From NCBI GenBank assembly GCA_010093605.1, contig MU004200.1:248001-312000 (forward strand): a DNA stretch of 64,000 nucleotides, given 5' to 3'. This stretch comes from Lophium mytilinum. Taxonomy: Eukaryota. Position numbers and translations under genes: made by a program. This document shows, piece by piece, positions 13,963 through 27,901 of the stretch. A model generated the notes under the pieces. That model was not told the DNA's origin, searched no databases, and was given only the letters and a program-made list of their open reading frames with translations. Each line of letters opens with the position of its first letter. Position 1 is the first letter of the stretch.

Positions 13963-14459
13963 GGTGATTACGCGTAGGCTATGGCGGCGGTGTCGGTACG
14001 ACGAGGTGGAGTGGAGAGGTTGCGGGAGCTGTCGTGGTGGAGAGCTTTGATGGCCCGGTTGAAGTGGTGTGAGGTCGAGAGGGCGGCTGCCAAGGCCATC
14101 CACGTGATCAGTCCCAAAACCTCCGCCCAAATGAAGATCGCTGACACAGAACAGCCTGGTCCAGCGTTCAGGAGAGCGGGACCTTGCAGAAGCAGCATCA
14201 TCGCAGCGCACCCCTTTCTGTCGCGCGCCAGTTCCGGGCAACTGACAAGTGCCGCCCATATACATGCCTAGTCTCTTGTCTTTTTGATCCCTTCAACGCA
14301 CCCAGCCGCTCCCTACACTGTATTTCGTTGCAACTTGCTTTTCCCGCGATCCGCGCCTGGCCTCATTTACAAATCAAGCCTCACTTTTGAACCCGAGGCC
14401 ATGAATTTGGCTGGAAACACTGCTGAAACCGTCGAGTTTGCGATTGCGCTGCCATCGCA

Positions 14460-16564
14460 ATGACAGTCCCGGCCGCGACATCACCTGCCAGCCCTTCTTT
14501 CCCGACATCTACACACCTCCAGGACACCAACCCACGAATGACGGACAACATCGCAGAGGACGACGAGGGCCCCATCACTCGCGGCCCGCGACCAAACCTT
14601 GAAAACCGCAACTCTAGCGGCCGAGTTCAGACGACTACAGGTCCCGTAGGAGAGCCTGGGCTCCCGCCCTCCCGACCTTCGTCAATCGCGACCGCCCAGT
14701 CCGGAAATCAGAGGAGATGGTCGCAAGCACCACCATCACGCCGTGGAGGAGGCGCACAGGGACCGGGACAAGGAAGCGTGGGCAGCGTCGGCGGTGCTAG
14801 TCGTCCCACAACGGCGGCGAGCAGGACTCATGTCCCCTCTATACAATCTCACGCGTTCTTCCGCCCTATGAGCTCTCAGCGGCTGCAAGCGCAACGTGGG
14901 CAGAGGCCAACCTCTATCCTGGGCCCTACATCTACGTATAGCGAGGCGAATAGCGACGCTGGCAGCAATCCGTATCGACAGAGCGCAGGCTCAAACCCGA
15001 CCGTCAAAGGAGCAGCACCCTTAGGACTACACCACGATCTTGACGGGCCACCGCCACCTTCCCGAGGCACAGATTTCACCGACATCCCAGACCGAACTAC
15101 TGCAAACACCACACCAACCGGCGCGGAAACTGTGCGAAGTCGAGGCGAAAGCATTACACCATTACAACGACCGACCCGGCCGACGCATCTAGACCTGTCA
15201 AACGCTCACAAGAATGGATCCGGCAAGCTACCGACTCCAACAAAGTCACCACGGTCGTTCCGTTCAAGCTTCATGCTACCAAGTCGCGGAGGCGGGTCTA
15301 CCCAGATTCGTCCTCAAGGGCACGAGAAGCTTGCATCTGTGGAGTCATCGCCCAGATTAGAGCGTAAGGAGACCACTAAAGAGGCTGTTAAGAAGGAACT
15401 GGGGAAGAATTACCAGTACTTCTCCGGGAACACAGTCTTCTGCTGGGGAGGGAGGTTCCAGAACACACGGGACCGGCCCGTGAACATTGCAACTGGACTC
15501 ATGGTTGTGGTCCCAGCAGCGTTATTTTTCGCCTTTTCGTAAGTAGTGACCATGTCACTTAGCCGACTTTAGCTGACAGTTGGAATTACAGGGCGCCATG
15601 GCTTTGGCATCACGTTTCACCAGCGATACCCATTGTTTTTGCTTACATTTTCTTGATATGCATGTCATCATTTCTTCATGCATCACTCACTGATCCCGGA
15701 GTGAGTTTTACGGCCATCACGTCTTCTAGTATCCCGCTAATCCTTTAGATTCTCCCGAGACACTTGCATCCATTTCCACCACCTAATCCTAATGACGATC
15801 CGTTGAATCTTGGTCCGTCCACCACCGAGTGGATAATGGTCGTATCCGCGACATCACCCAATGCCGCCATGGAGGTACCAACCAAGTACTGTAAGAGCTG
15901 CAATATCTGGCGCCCGCCGCGCGCTCATCATTGCCGTGTCTGTGACAACTGCGTCGAGACGCAAGACCATCACTGCGTTTGGCTCAACAACTGTGTTGGA
16001 CGTCGCAACTACCGCTATTTCTTCGTCTTCGTCTGTTCTGGCGCTTTGATCGGCATCTTTCTCTTTGGGGCTACTTTGGCTCACTTGCTTGTCTGGAAAT
16101 CCCAAGAAGGGAAGACTTTCGGAGAAGCTATAGACAAGTGGCGGGTTCCTTTCGCGATGTTCATATATGCCATCATCGTCACGCCGTATCCGATGAGCCT
16201 GTGGGGTTACCACCTGTTTCTGATGGCACGAGGAGAGACTACTCGAGAGTATCTTAACTCTCACAAGTTCTTGAAGAAGGACCGACACAGGCCGTTCACA
16301 CAAGGCAACTTCTGGAAGAACTGGCTTGTTGTGCTGCTCCGGCCTCGACCTCCAACCTACTTGCACTTCAAGAAAGAGTACGAAGAGGGCGACCAGAGAT
16401 TCGGACCGCGGAAAAGCAAGAGGACGGCTCCGCTGACTCAAGAACAACAGGGAGGGGGCGTAGAGATGCAGGACGTGAGTAGCACAGTGCCCAGCTTCCA
16501 GGGCCCTGGTGCGATGTCTCCCATGAATAGGACGCCACGCAGCACTGTCCCGGCTGAGAGTTGA
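14460..16564 (+). CDS. ERF2: DHHC palmitoyltransferase, Erf2-like
   Basis: KYCKSCNIWRPPRAHHCRVCDNCVETQDHHCVWLNNCVGRRNYRYF, TTRE motif and NYQYFSGNTVFCWGGR; introns ~15539-15591 and ~15701-15749. The start may be 14460 or 14538. Confidence 0.93.
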
Positions 16565-17224
16565 GACGGAGTGTATACCCAACTTTCCTTTACGAGGCTC
16601 TGTAATACCCTTCACGCAAGCGATTTTTCTTTGTCTGGTAAACCTGCCAGCTCAAGAGCAGGTAGCACCATCTTCTTGTAGTATAGACGACGTACTGGCC
16701 TCGCACCGCGCGAGGTAGTGGACATGGAGGTGGAGGTGGTTGAGTGTTATATATCTAGACTAGGCTGCTGCGAGGCGATGCCGCACACTATACAACTAAT
16801 TAATCACCCTTCACGCGCGCCCGAGCCCATGCGAATTGCCCCGAAAGGATTCACTGGCAGTCTTGCCTACGGTGGTGGAATGCGAGCCCGGTGGAACGCA
16901 ATTGTCTAGCCCTAATTGGCCGGCGGTCCATTGTTATGGGTATCCTTTTGGAAATCCCTCGCACCCTCCCTCACCAACTCCACGACTAACACCCCTCCAC
17001 CCCCGAGGCACTCTCTTCAATTGTCGTGTGCGCCTTCTCATGTCCGTTGCGCAGCTTGCCCGCCCGTTCTCTGTCCGAGTCTTTCGCTGTAGCTTCCAGA
17101 CTTTTGAAGTTCCCCCCGCGTTTGCTTGACTGCCCGGAGCACCTTCTCGCGCCTCAACCTGAGCCTCCTTCCTCCCCCTCAGCCTCCCCCTCTGCTCGCC
17201 CTCCCACGCGAACTCCACGACAAC

Positions 17225-20200
17225 ATGGCTGGTCGAGCTACGTCGCCCGACTCGACGTCCTCGACGCTGTCATGCATCAACGTCGTGACGCCTATCGACA
17301 CCGCAGCGCGTAGCTCTGTCGGCGCGTCGTCTAACTCGACACCTCCGACCAGCTCTGGCGATTCGGCCAGCATTCGCTCCGACGCGATCAAGACCGACGC
17401 GTACGCAGAGAATCATCACCTAGAAGAAACGCCGGAGCGGGAGAACGAGGAGGAAGGCATGTCTCGTCGGCCGTCCCGGAGGTCGCGTAAGAGCGTGCCC
17501 ACATACAATGTCAAGATTCTTGCCGGGACCACGCTTCACACTCCGACCAAATACTTGCAGAAGCACATCGACGATGTTATACACGACGACCAAGCCCAAG
17601 AGCAGCTGGAGGCTGAGCAACACCCGCGAGAGGTCACTGCGGAGCCTGAGCCCCCGGCGCAGGAGAAGGACACCGAGGATGGAGAAGGCAAGCAGCCTGG
17701 TCGCCGCCTTTCTCGACGCTCGCGAACCAGCATACCAACCTACAATCTCACGATGCTTGCCGGCTCCCACGTGCACATTCCAACCAAATATCTAGAGAAA
17801 CACACCCAGAATGTTATGAGGGACCGTGAAATTAGCGGTAGCACACTCGCGGCAGACGATGATGAATCAAAGGATACAAGCCCCAAGAAATTGGATAGCC
17901 CCGCACACTCTCCAAACGACCAGCTCGTGCAGGAGTTGCGTGATAGGATCAAATACGGCAAGCTGCCGAAATCCAGGAAACTTCTGTTCGAGGCAACTCA
18001 CAATGCAATGACTTCGGCCAGCTCGTCACTAGGAAAGAGAAGCCGAGATATGATTGAGAGTGGCAAGGGCAAACTCCAATCGCTTCGAGGCATCCGGAAA
18101 ACCCAGTCTGATAGCAACCTTCGGCAGGCGGCTAAGCGAAGGAGATCTTCTACCGCGTCGGCAATGGATCTAGATGTGGATTCAGAGGAAGATTTAGAAG
18201 ACGAGCAGAAATTCTTCACGCCCAAGATGAAAAAGTGGCTGGGCCAGGGCCTTTACATCGGGCAACACAGGCACTTTGATGCTCGCCTTACTGAGACTCA
18301 AAACAAGGCCAAGCGGAAGTCTGTCGCTACAAAAGAGAACAAGATTCTCCCTATGCCTATGTTCGCAGGCGAACGATTGCTGTCGGTGCCATTCAAGGAC
18401 GGACGCGATTTCAAGTTGCCGTTTGATACCTTCTCCCCGCTGCCTAGGAAGGCCAAGCCAGAGGACTGGAAGAAGACGTCAAGGAGTAAGTAGTGTTCAG
18501 AATTTGTAAGAAGTATTGTTTAGCTAACGTTCCCTAGACCTTTTTGTGGGTGAGGCGGGTACGCTATGGAAGAAGGGCAAAGTCCAATCCGACTCATACT
18601 GCGAGTGCAGCGCAGAAGATGGATGTGGCGAAGATTGCCCAAACCGCTATATGTTCTACGAGTGCGACAGCACGAATTGCCATCTTGGGCCCGAGCACTG
18701 TACCAATCGTGCTTTTGCGGAGCTGAAGCGCCGTGCTAAGGGCAATCGATATGATTATGGAGTTGAAGTCCTGGAAACAGCAGACCGCGGCTTCGGCGTG
18801 CGTGCGATGCGAACCTTTGAAGCCCATCAGATCATCGTTGAGTATGCTGGCGAGATCATCACGCAAGACGAATGCGATCGGAGGATGAAGCATGAGTACC
18901 GGAACAATGAAGTAAGTCGACGTTCTTATGTCACAAAGTGTCTATTTTGGGCATTTTCACTAACATGATTGCAGTGCTACTACCTCATGACCTTCCACAA
19001 CAAGATGATCATCGATGCTACTCGCGGCTCGATTGCTCGGTTCGTGAACCATTCTTGCGAGCCTAACTGTAGGATGATCAAATGGACTGTTGCCGGAGAG
19101 CCTCGGATGGCGCTGTTTGCTGGTGAGCGTGGTATCATGACTGGTGAAGAACTAACATACGACTACAATTTCGAGTAAGTTTCACGCCGCGGTTTGTTGT
19201 TCTTGGACGGAGCTAACATCAATTACAGTCCTTTCTCATCGAAGAACGTTCAAGAGTGTCGGTGTGGGACGAGGTCTTGCCGTGGTGTACTGGGACCTCG
19301 ACCAAAGGACAAGCCGAAGTTCACTCCCACATCACTTGTCGCAGGCGCAAAGCGGAAAATCCAAGAAGTCTTCGGAGGCAAGGAGTCTCGAGGCTCAGCT
19401 TCCCCGAAGAAGAAGCGCAAAGTGGCCGAAATTGCTCGAACTGCCATCTCGAAGGCAAAGAATTATACTCTCATGGAGTCTGAGAGCAGCCGAACTCTGA
19501 AAATTGAGAAGGAAGCTGCTGATGCAAAGGCTAAGAGTGACTTGCGCGCTGAGCGCCTGGTTCGACGCTCGTCCTCAACAGTCACACTGACGTCTCGACG
19601 CTCTATGAAGCTCCGTAAACCGTCTTCGTCATCTCTGAGGACCATGACCTCGATATCCTCAAGGAAGACGAGGACATTCCTCATTAAACGCCCCACAACT
19701 ACTGCTCGGAAGGCTCCCACCAAGAAGATCCCACCGCGCAAAGCATTATCGGGTCGTCAGATACCAGTCACTATTGCTCCCCCATCTTCAGAAGACGAGA
19801 ACGAGTCGCCAAAAACAGTATCACCTCGTCGGAAAGTAGCCGTTCAGCTTCCCTCATCTTCAGAAGAAGACGACGAGACCCCGGTTACCTCAAGTCGCAA
19901 GGCCAAGATCGCAGCCAAGAAAGAAGGACCAATGGCGAAGATCAGGGCCAAGAAGGCGGATCTCCAGGCGAAGAAGGCCAGATCCAATTCTAAGGTCGTA
20001 GAAGCATCGTCCGCCCAGAAATTAACCACCTCCTTGAACTCAAAAGGCTCGGGTTCCTCCCTCCGGCAGACCACCCTCCCGTTCAAACGTCTCCCCGTAG
20101 TCCAGGCAAGCGCGGACTCATCAAGCGAAACCGAGTCCGATGACGACGAGGTGGATGGCGCAGTCCGAGAGTTCGCAAAGCTTCCCTCCCGTGTGTCCAG

Positions 20201-20396
20201 ACGCCCATCCACTGCAACCTCGGTCCGTAGCGCAGCGGCCAGTGTGAAGAAGAATGTGGTCAGGAGCGTGCGTGGACCTCGACGCGCGGCCGCCGTCGCA
20301 AAGATGGGGCTGGGGCTGGGTGTTAAGGGCATGGGCGGATTGGGAGAGGGCGGAAGCGGTAGCACGATCAGAGTCATCATGGGGAGCGACGATTAG
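17225..20396 (+). CDS. ash1: SET-domain histone-lysine N-methyltransferase, ASH1-like (H3K36)
   Basis: AWS (C..EDGCGEDCPNR..FYEC), SET (RGFGV, EYAGEII, RFVNHSCEPN, ELTYDYNF) and post-SET (CRCGTRSCRG) domains; long basic disordered flanks; no WW/SRI domain as in Set2; three introns. Confidence 0.88.
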
Positions 20397-21468
20397 GGGC
20401 CAATCGCGGCACCCTAACACGGTATTGCATCGTAGAGACCGCACTTCTGAGATGAGTCCGAGCACTTTTCTGCCATCGTGTTTTCAACTACACTTCCAGC
20501 AGGTTCACGGCTTATCAAGTGCAAGCGAGAGCCATGTGTGCGTGGGCTTGGTTTTCCCTTTCTTTTCTTTTCTCTTTTTTTTGAGGGTCATTTCTTGGTT
20601 TCTGTGTCCGGCATTGCGGGTGGGATGCGTGTGCGAGTGCTGCTATGGGTTTGTTTTGCTGCTTCAACGGGGCAGATATGACGGGTGCTCCCCGCCTTTT
20701 TCATGGGTTACGTCAGGGCTTTTCTCCAATGAGCGTTTTCTCTGCAGTCCGATTTCCTTTTATTTCGTCTTGCTGGCATGGGCTGGGGCATCGGCGGCTT
20801 GTGGGGGGCTTGGGATTGCGGCTGGCAATGGATGGCTGAGCGAGCTGGGGGTACATGTAACACCAGCTTTCTCTGAGGCGTGCGGCGAGTGAGGGGGCGG
20901 GGTGGGGTGGTCTTATTGTCTCTTTACATAGATGGTTAATTAGGTTTGTTTACTGGATGCTGTGTGGTTTTGAGGAGTGATGTAGTGACGCTTGGAAGAA
21001 TAGGAGGACCGGAGTATTTTCAGACGTGTGAGTGGAAATGCGTGACATGTGCAGCGTTGAACAGCCCGATGGCATGTTTGTATCGGGTCGACTTGAAGCG
21101 CAGATTAACAATGAGCTGAGTCCTACGGACAGCGCGAGATGCAGCAATCCTATCCCAGAGTGGCATCGTTATTTCTTCATTCGACATCATCAAAATCATG
21201 CAGTACCGCACACAAAACATCCACATTACAACCTCATCACCGCGTGTAAATTATGCAGAGTAATATACGTAACCGCAACTCACCAGGCGCCACGCCCTCC
21301 ACCCAACAGACCCAAGCCACTATACCCTACCCTATTGTACAACAAGGAAAGAAAAGGGGAGTCTCTCCCCCTGAATTTTGTCCGGTGAGCAAAAACAACA
21401 ATGTTGCCAGTTCTACCAGTCCCCCCGACGCCAGATAGGAGAGCACACTCTGCCAACAGCCTTCCCCT

Positions 21469-24400
21469 CTATTTCGTCGCCTCTTGAGCCTCGCTCGCGG
21501 GTTTCGGCGATCCCTTCGCCTGGCCCTCGACGCTGTGCTCCTTCGCCTGGTCATCGCCCACCGCAACAGTCGGCGGCGCCTCGCTGGCGTCAGCTTCGCC
21601 GGCATCGCCAGTCTCGGGGTTGCGGCCTTCGGCATCTGGATGGGGAGGCGGGCCGCCCTCCGGGATGCGGCCGTCGGGCGCGCCCGCGAACTCGCCCTCG
21701 TAGACCTCGTTTCCGTCGGCATCGATGACCCTTGTGCGGGTCTCGTAACGTGTTTTGAAGCTGACCTTGCCCTCTAGCGCCTTGACCTGCTCATCGTCAA
21801 GGAGGTTGCCGTTCTCGTCACGATACTCGATCTTTTCCTCGCGGGAGACGATGGGATGGTTCGCGACGTTGACGGCGGCTAGAGGCGTCACGTTGGCGTC
21901 GCCGACTGGCTCATCAGGCTTCTGGGCTTCCTGTTGGATTGGCTGTTGTGGTGGTGGGACGATACGCGGGGCCTGAGAGGTAGGCACGGCGGAGATGGAT
22001 GGATATGTTTGGGTTGTGTATTGATCATACTGGTGATTGTTAGATGGGGTAACCGTGAAGAAACGAACTAACTTACGGAGGTGTGGAAATTGTTGCAGTC
22101 CCAGTCCCAGGTATCGAAGAGTTTGACCTTGCTGCAAGCATCTCTGGTCCAAGAATTTCCATATGCGAGGGGAGAATATAGAGTGAAAACGAAGATGGCG
22201 AAAGAAAGAAACGCAACTGCGGCAGCTTGGCCAACAAATGGACGCTGCTTTAGCCCCAGTGCGCTAAAGCGGTAGCTAACGAAGTCGTACATCTGGCACA
22301 TGGCCATGATAGCAAAGTATAGAGCGGGGAGATAGTGATGAAGGAAGAGCTGACGGGCCATCAGGTAGAACGGGAAATAATGGAATGCCCAGCCAAGGAT
22401 GGACACACCAATCTCGTAATCGAAGCGCTTGAAGGTTACCTGGGAATAGTCCTTGAAGCCTCGCTGCCATCGAAGAACAGCGAGACCCTTGATAGCAACA
22501 AATAGAGCGATAATGGCAGTAGAACTCCACCAGATGACGGGATTGCCGATCAAGTAGATCTGGCGATTGTCCTTGCCCCAAAAGTTGATACCTCGGCGAA
22601 GAATCGGCCATGAAGGAGGCCTTGAGTCCCAAGCATGAGATTCAACGAGACCAGCATTCGTCCGCCACATGACCTTTTGCAGCTCCCAGAACTTGCCGAA
22701 GAAGCCAGGGTTCCGGTAGTTGACCTTCTCGGCTTCGGCTCCCAGAAGAGGATGGTCGTTGGACTCGATGTACCAGATACTGTTGGGGAGCGTTCCGCCG
22801 CGAGCACAGGTGACTTCTTGCTGTTCATAAGCCCAGTCAGGGAGCTTGGTCTTGTGAGAGAAAAGTACGCAGCCAGTCATGATATGAACAAGCTTGAACT
22901 TGGTTTGGATCGTTCTTAATCGCTTCTTAGCTTCAGCTCCGTCCGACATGGACTTGACGATCTCGACACGGAAAAGATCGTTGGCATCGCCTTCAAATCC
23001 CTCATATCCGTAGGCGGAGACCTCGTTCTGCCAATCGGCTTCAGTGACGGGTGCGCGAACATCGTGAGAGTGAAGACGTCGGTCGGTGGTAACATGGTAG
23101 AGCTTGAGGACGGAGCCATCCTCGATGAACTGAGGTCCGAAGTTATCCCAAGCCTTTGGCCCCTCTACTTTAGAGCCATCAGGCATCTCAGGGAGAGTTT
23201 GATTCTCGAGGACAAAGACGTTGTTCTCATCCTTGTGGGGGTATAGTGTAATCTGTTGCTGCTTGCTTCCAGTGGGATACATGTGGCTGTGCGAGTGGAG
23301 GTAGCCGCCTTGAGTGTTGTGATGACGGATGGAGACGCGGCTTCCAAAAGCTATGTCGGCTGCCACATCTTGCATGCCCTTCGAATTGAGAGTGGCCTGG
23401 AACTCTGAGGACATGAAACCATCGCCATCACCTGGATTGACCAAGCAAAGGAAGTGGACTCCGAACATGGCCAAGTAGAACGTCACTGGGATGACGATCA
23501 AGCAGAACACGCGAGCGAAGAAGTGTTTGAACCAGAGTCTCTGTGGATGAGTATTAGAATCGAACATCAGCCTAAAGAACCAGAAGCCTTACCGGATTGA
23601 CATTCTTTGAATCACCAAGCAGAACCCAGAGTTGGAGGAGCGTCAAGCTCCCAACCCAAGCAATCGTGAAAAGACCGACCCACTTCACGCTGACCGTAGC
23701 TCCAAGACCCACACCTGTAGCAGCAAGCCAGAACCACCAGGAGGGCTGGAATGCCTTTGAGGGGCCCTGCTCGTGCTGGTTCATGAAGCTCGTCCAGGCT
23801 AGAGCAGTGACGGCGGTGAATATAACTAGAGGAGAATCCAGGAGAATGAGACGAGACTGAGTGAGGAGGGCATTGTCTATAACCTGGTTAGTTACATCTC
23901 TAGGTTGCCAGGCAATCTTCCATACCAAATAGAACAAGGCCGGCCCCAAGCGCAGCTGTAGTGGTCCGACATCCAGCAGCCTTGAGGGTCAAGAACATGG
24001 TAGGAATGGTCGCAACACCGCACAGAGCAGGCAACAAACGCATGGCTACATAAGGAACACCGGGCTCCAGATAGTCTTTTCCAATGTCTTTGAAGTCGAA
24101 CTCTCCATCAAAGCCCGCCAACCATCCGGCCAGTGTAATGAGTAATTTCGCCAGAGGGGGATGGACGTCCATGAAGAAGCGGCCCTTGATATACTTCGAA
24201 GCAAAGCCACCGAAGCTGAAAACAGTGTTGTTAGTACACGAGCTCCAAGGTCTATATTGTGCAAGGCTGGACGTACTGGACTTCATCAAAGACCACACTG
24301 GTTGGCTGGTATATCCTGAACAGGCGTACCGCAGCAGCAATGATGGTCAAGACCCCCAGCAGATACCAATCGGACGCTGGGAGGCTGAAGATGTCATGAT

Positions 24401-24563
24401 CCGTCACGCCCTCTGATGTGTAGCCTACAGGTGCGGGCTTGTGCTTCTGCGCCTTTCTTCCATTCGGGCCTGGCGATCGTGCAGGAGATCGCGCGGGAGA
24501 TTTGCCCGACCGCCGGGCATTCTTCTCCTGGAGATATGGGTTATGTGCCGTCCGGTTCGCCAT
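21469..24563 (-). CDS. PMT1: Dolichyl-phosphate-mannose:protein O-mannosyltransferase, PMT1 subfamily
   Basis: VVFDEVHFGGF catalytic loop, FMDVHPPLAK, MIR domains (GGYLHSH, RRLHSH), RQLFLHHYLPA, long C-terminal tail; four introns. Confidence 0.93.
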
Positions 24564-25065
24564 GGTCGCGGACTTGTGAAGGTCGAGGAGCTGGGCCCCC
24601 AACTTTTGTGCGGACGGAGCCTCAACCGGTTGCAGCTCTCGGTTCTCAGGGTGCTGGGAGGATCAGCGGAATAGGAAGAGAAGGACAGAGGAAGGGGACC
24701 CACAGGAGGGTCAACGAGAGTAAGAAGAAGGGGTCGAGGGATTGCTTGGTGAGGAGATGTGTCGAAACATTCGAGTTCAGCCCAGGGGGGTCGTTTAGGG
24801 ACAAGCCTGCACCTAGCCTTCACGTCGCCGCGCGCTCGAAATAGGTGTCCTTAGTCCCTCACTGACCGCCTTCACCGATTAGGTTAGGGGGCTGCATGAT
24901 CCGGCCCCACGTTGTTCCCTTCCCGATATATTAAGTTCGCGCCAAGGCTATCGCGGTTCGCGACCTCAAACTTGCACTCTTACCTCTCTCGCCGTGCAAG
25001 GCGTTTGACAACACTACCCACTCTTTCTCACCAACCAGCGCCCCTTGCGCAAGCTCTGCCTCACG

Positions 25066-26680
25066 ATGGCTGTCGCCGACCTCACCATGACGCCGCTCGA
25101 CGCCGCGGTGAGCAAGATGCCGAGCGATATAATTCTCCCCCCTCAAGGAATCCGCGAAGTCATCGAAAAGACCGCCGGCTACATTGTCCGCAATGGTGTC
25201 GCATTCGAAACCCGTCTGCGCGACGCAGAGCGCAACACGCCCAAGTTCTCTTTCCTCTTCGAGGACGACGGATACTACGCCTACTACTCATGGCGGCTCC
25301 GAGAGATCGGGAATGGCAGAAGCACCGATGTATCCGCAGGACGAGTTGGAGAAGCGTCGAAAGAGCCGGAACAGCCAAAGGGCCCTGTCCAGCCGCCCGA
25401 CTTCCAGTTTTCAGCTCGCATGCCCAATATGAACGCGAAGGATCTCGACATTGTGAAGTTGACAGCCAGACACGCCGCTGGGAGGGGCCGCGCATGGATA
25501 ACGGCCTTGTCGCAACGCGAGAACGGAAACCCTCAATTCGACTTCCTCCGCCCGCAGCACAGTCTGCACCAGTTCTTCACACGTCTCACGGGTCAATACG
25601 CCGATTTGATGACTGCCGGAAGCCAGGACGACGGCCGCATTGAGAAAGCCCGCGATGCGCGGCTAGAGCACAACACCCGAGATCCCTACCACATTCTTGA
25701 GCAAGCCAGGCAGAGAGCCGAGTACGTCAAGTATCAGGCACTGCAGAAGCAGCAGGAGGAGGAACAGGCTGAGAAGGACAAGCTCGAGTTTGCCCAAATT
25801 GATTGGCACGATTTCGTCGTCGTGGAGACTGTTGAGTTTACGGAAGTCGACGACCAGGCCGACCTCCCACCGCCAACTTCGAAGAACGCTCTACAGTCCG
25901 CATCGCTCGAACAAAAGGCCATGATGTCGCTTAACCCATCCAGTAGGCGCATCGAGGAAGCTATGCCAGGCGAAGAGACGTACTACGTGCCCCATGCGCC
26001 AGCAGTCCAGATGCCCCCTCCACAGCCCAACTGGCAACCTCAACAGTCAGAACCGGAACCCATGGACTATAAGTCGCAGGCTCAACAAGCTCAAGAAGAT
26101 GAAGACGAACGCCGGATTCGCGAACGGCAAGAGGAGCGGGAGAAGGCGGCTCAGGCCCAAGCAGCTGCAAAAGGCATCGGTGGGCCTATGCGTATCAGGA
26201 ATGACTACACTCCTCGGGCGCAAGCTCGAAAGCAAAATGTTGGGCTGGCTTTATGTCCCAATTGCAAACAACAAGTGCCTTTCTCCGAACTCGAAGAGCA
26301 TATGCGAAGCAAGTTCTTCCATGTCTATAGCCTCTTTTCACATCTCATAGCATATGCAGAAGCTAACTATAATCACAGTCGAGCTTCTCGATCCACGCTG
26401 GAAGGAGCAAAAGGCCCGAGCTGATGCTCGTTACTCCACGACGAATTTATCTACCGCAGACGTGGCGAACAATCTCAAGCGTCTTGCAAGCCAGAGAAGC
26501 GACGTTTTCGACGGGGTCACAGGTCTACCTATATCTGAGGAAGAGGCCGCAAGAAGGAAGAAGGCTGCAACGAGCTATGATGGCCAGCCAGAAAGCAAGG
26601 ATGCCGCTCGTATTGCGCAGATGCATAGCCTGAACATTGAGGAGCAACTCAAGCAGATCAAGCAAAAGTTCACCTCGTGA
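25066..26680 (+). CDS. PRP21: U2 snRNP SF3a subunit 1 (Prp21/SF3A1), two SURP domains
   Basis: IEKTAGYIVRNG..FE, NPQFDFLRPQHSL, FAQIDWHDFVVVETVEF and HMRIELLDPRW; single intron 26309-26378. Confidence 0.95.
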
Positions 26681-27273
26681 ACGACGATTTCAGTTTAGAG
26701 TAAGTCTTTTTCACTTGTTTGTTGTCGTATTACCCTGAGTGGCATGGAAGGCGTTGGACGGTTTGATAATGTACAGTACGTTGGTGAAGATGGTAGCACC
26801 CACAATGGAGTGCGATGGAGGGCTGTTGGATTCGTGGAGGAGTCTAGTAACCTTCAGCGAGAGACCGAAAGCTAGCTAGAGGCTGAGCGATGATGCCTTG
26901 GGCTTGGGAAGCACAAGTTGCTGAAGATGAGGCCTTCAGTCGAATCCAGGGTCCCCACTAGATCCTGCGGCGGAAGGTTTAGTGCCGGTGGCTCGAGATG
27001 GAATGAATATATATTATACAGTCTATCGAAAGAACTCTTTCAACTGGTTTCTCGATCCCTTGCGCTCGATGGAAACCGACCTGAAAAAGCGTATGTGATC
27101 TTGCTGTTTTGCCGACCTATCCACCTGCATAAATCGCGCTAAGGACCGCTCTCGGAGATCGTCGTCTCCTCCGCCGCCAAAAGACTGATGCGCTAGATAT
27201 ATTCACCTTTGCACCCCGACTACTGCCTCCTCCCTCCAAATCAATTTTGCAAGGGTCATTTGCCTGTGTCCAG

Positions 27274-27901
27274 ATGTCACTCACCCAGGCTGCGAAAGGC
27301 GACATGCCGTACCAAGTGCGATCTCTTGTGAGTACTCTCCGATACCTCCGCCACTTCCGCGCCTCGCCCCGAGCGTACGCATCCCTCCCGGCGGCCAATC
27401 TCTCAAGACGATATCAAGGAAAGCGCCTTAGGGCTCTGCAAGAGAAACGACTGACTGATAGATAACAGTACCGGTCATTACTGCGACAAAGCCGACAATT
27501 CGCGGCGTACAACTTTCGAGAATATGCGAAGCGGCGGACGCGCGATGCGTTTCGGGAACACAAGGGCGATGCTGGGGAAAGGCAAATACAGGAGCTTATG
27601 CAGAAGGGTCTCAAAGAGCTGCAGATGTTGAAGGTAGGTTAGGATAGCGTGAAATTGGCATCTTGGCGTGCTGAAGGAAGTGGGATATACTCAGTATGTA
27701 AGCGGATGCTGACTATCTTTCCCTACAGAGGCAAACAGTCATCAGCCAGTTCTACCAACTCGACCGATTAGTGGTTGAAGGTGGGAAGACGGGAAAGCAG
27801 AAGGGGGATGAAGGCGGCCTAGTACGGCAGAAAGACACTGGGTATGGTGCTCTAACACTATTTCACGACACAGATATCTAACATGTGGCAGATGGGACTA
27901 G
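27274..27901 (+). CDS. ISD11: LYR-motif protein Isd11/LYRM4 (mitochondrial Fe-S cluster assembly)
   Basis: Spliced product [34 protein letters not shown]...[19 protein letters not shown]; three introns; missed by the ORF track. Confidence 0.92.

Noticed and set aside
20254..20892. 212-aa hydrophobic, Cys-rich ORF after the SET gene
   Set aside because: Overlaps the SET gene end in another frame and reads through T/G-rich 3' UTR-like sequence.
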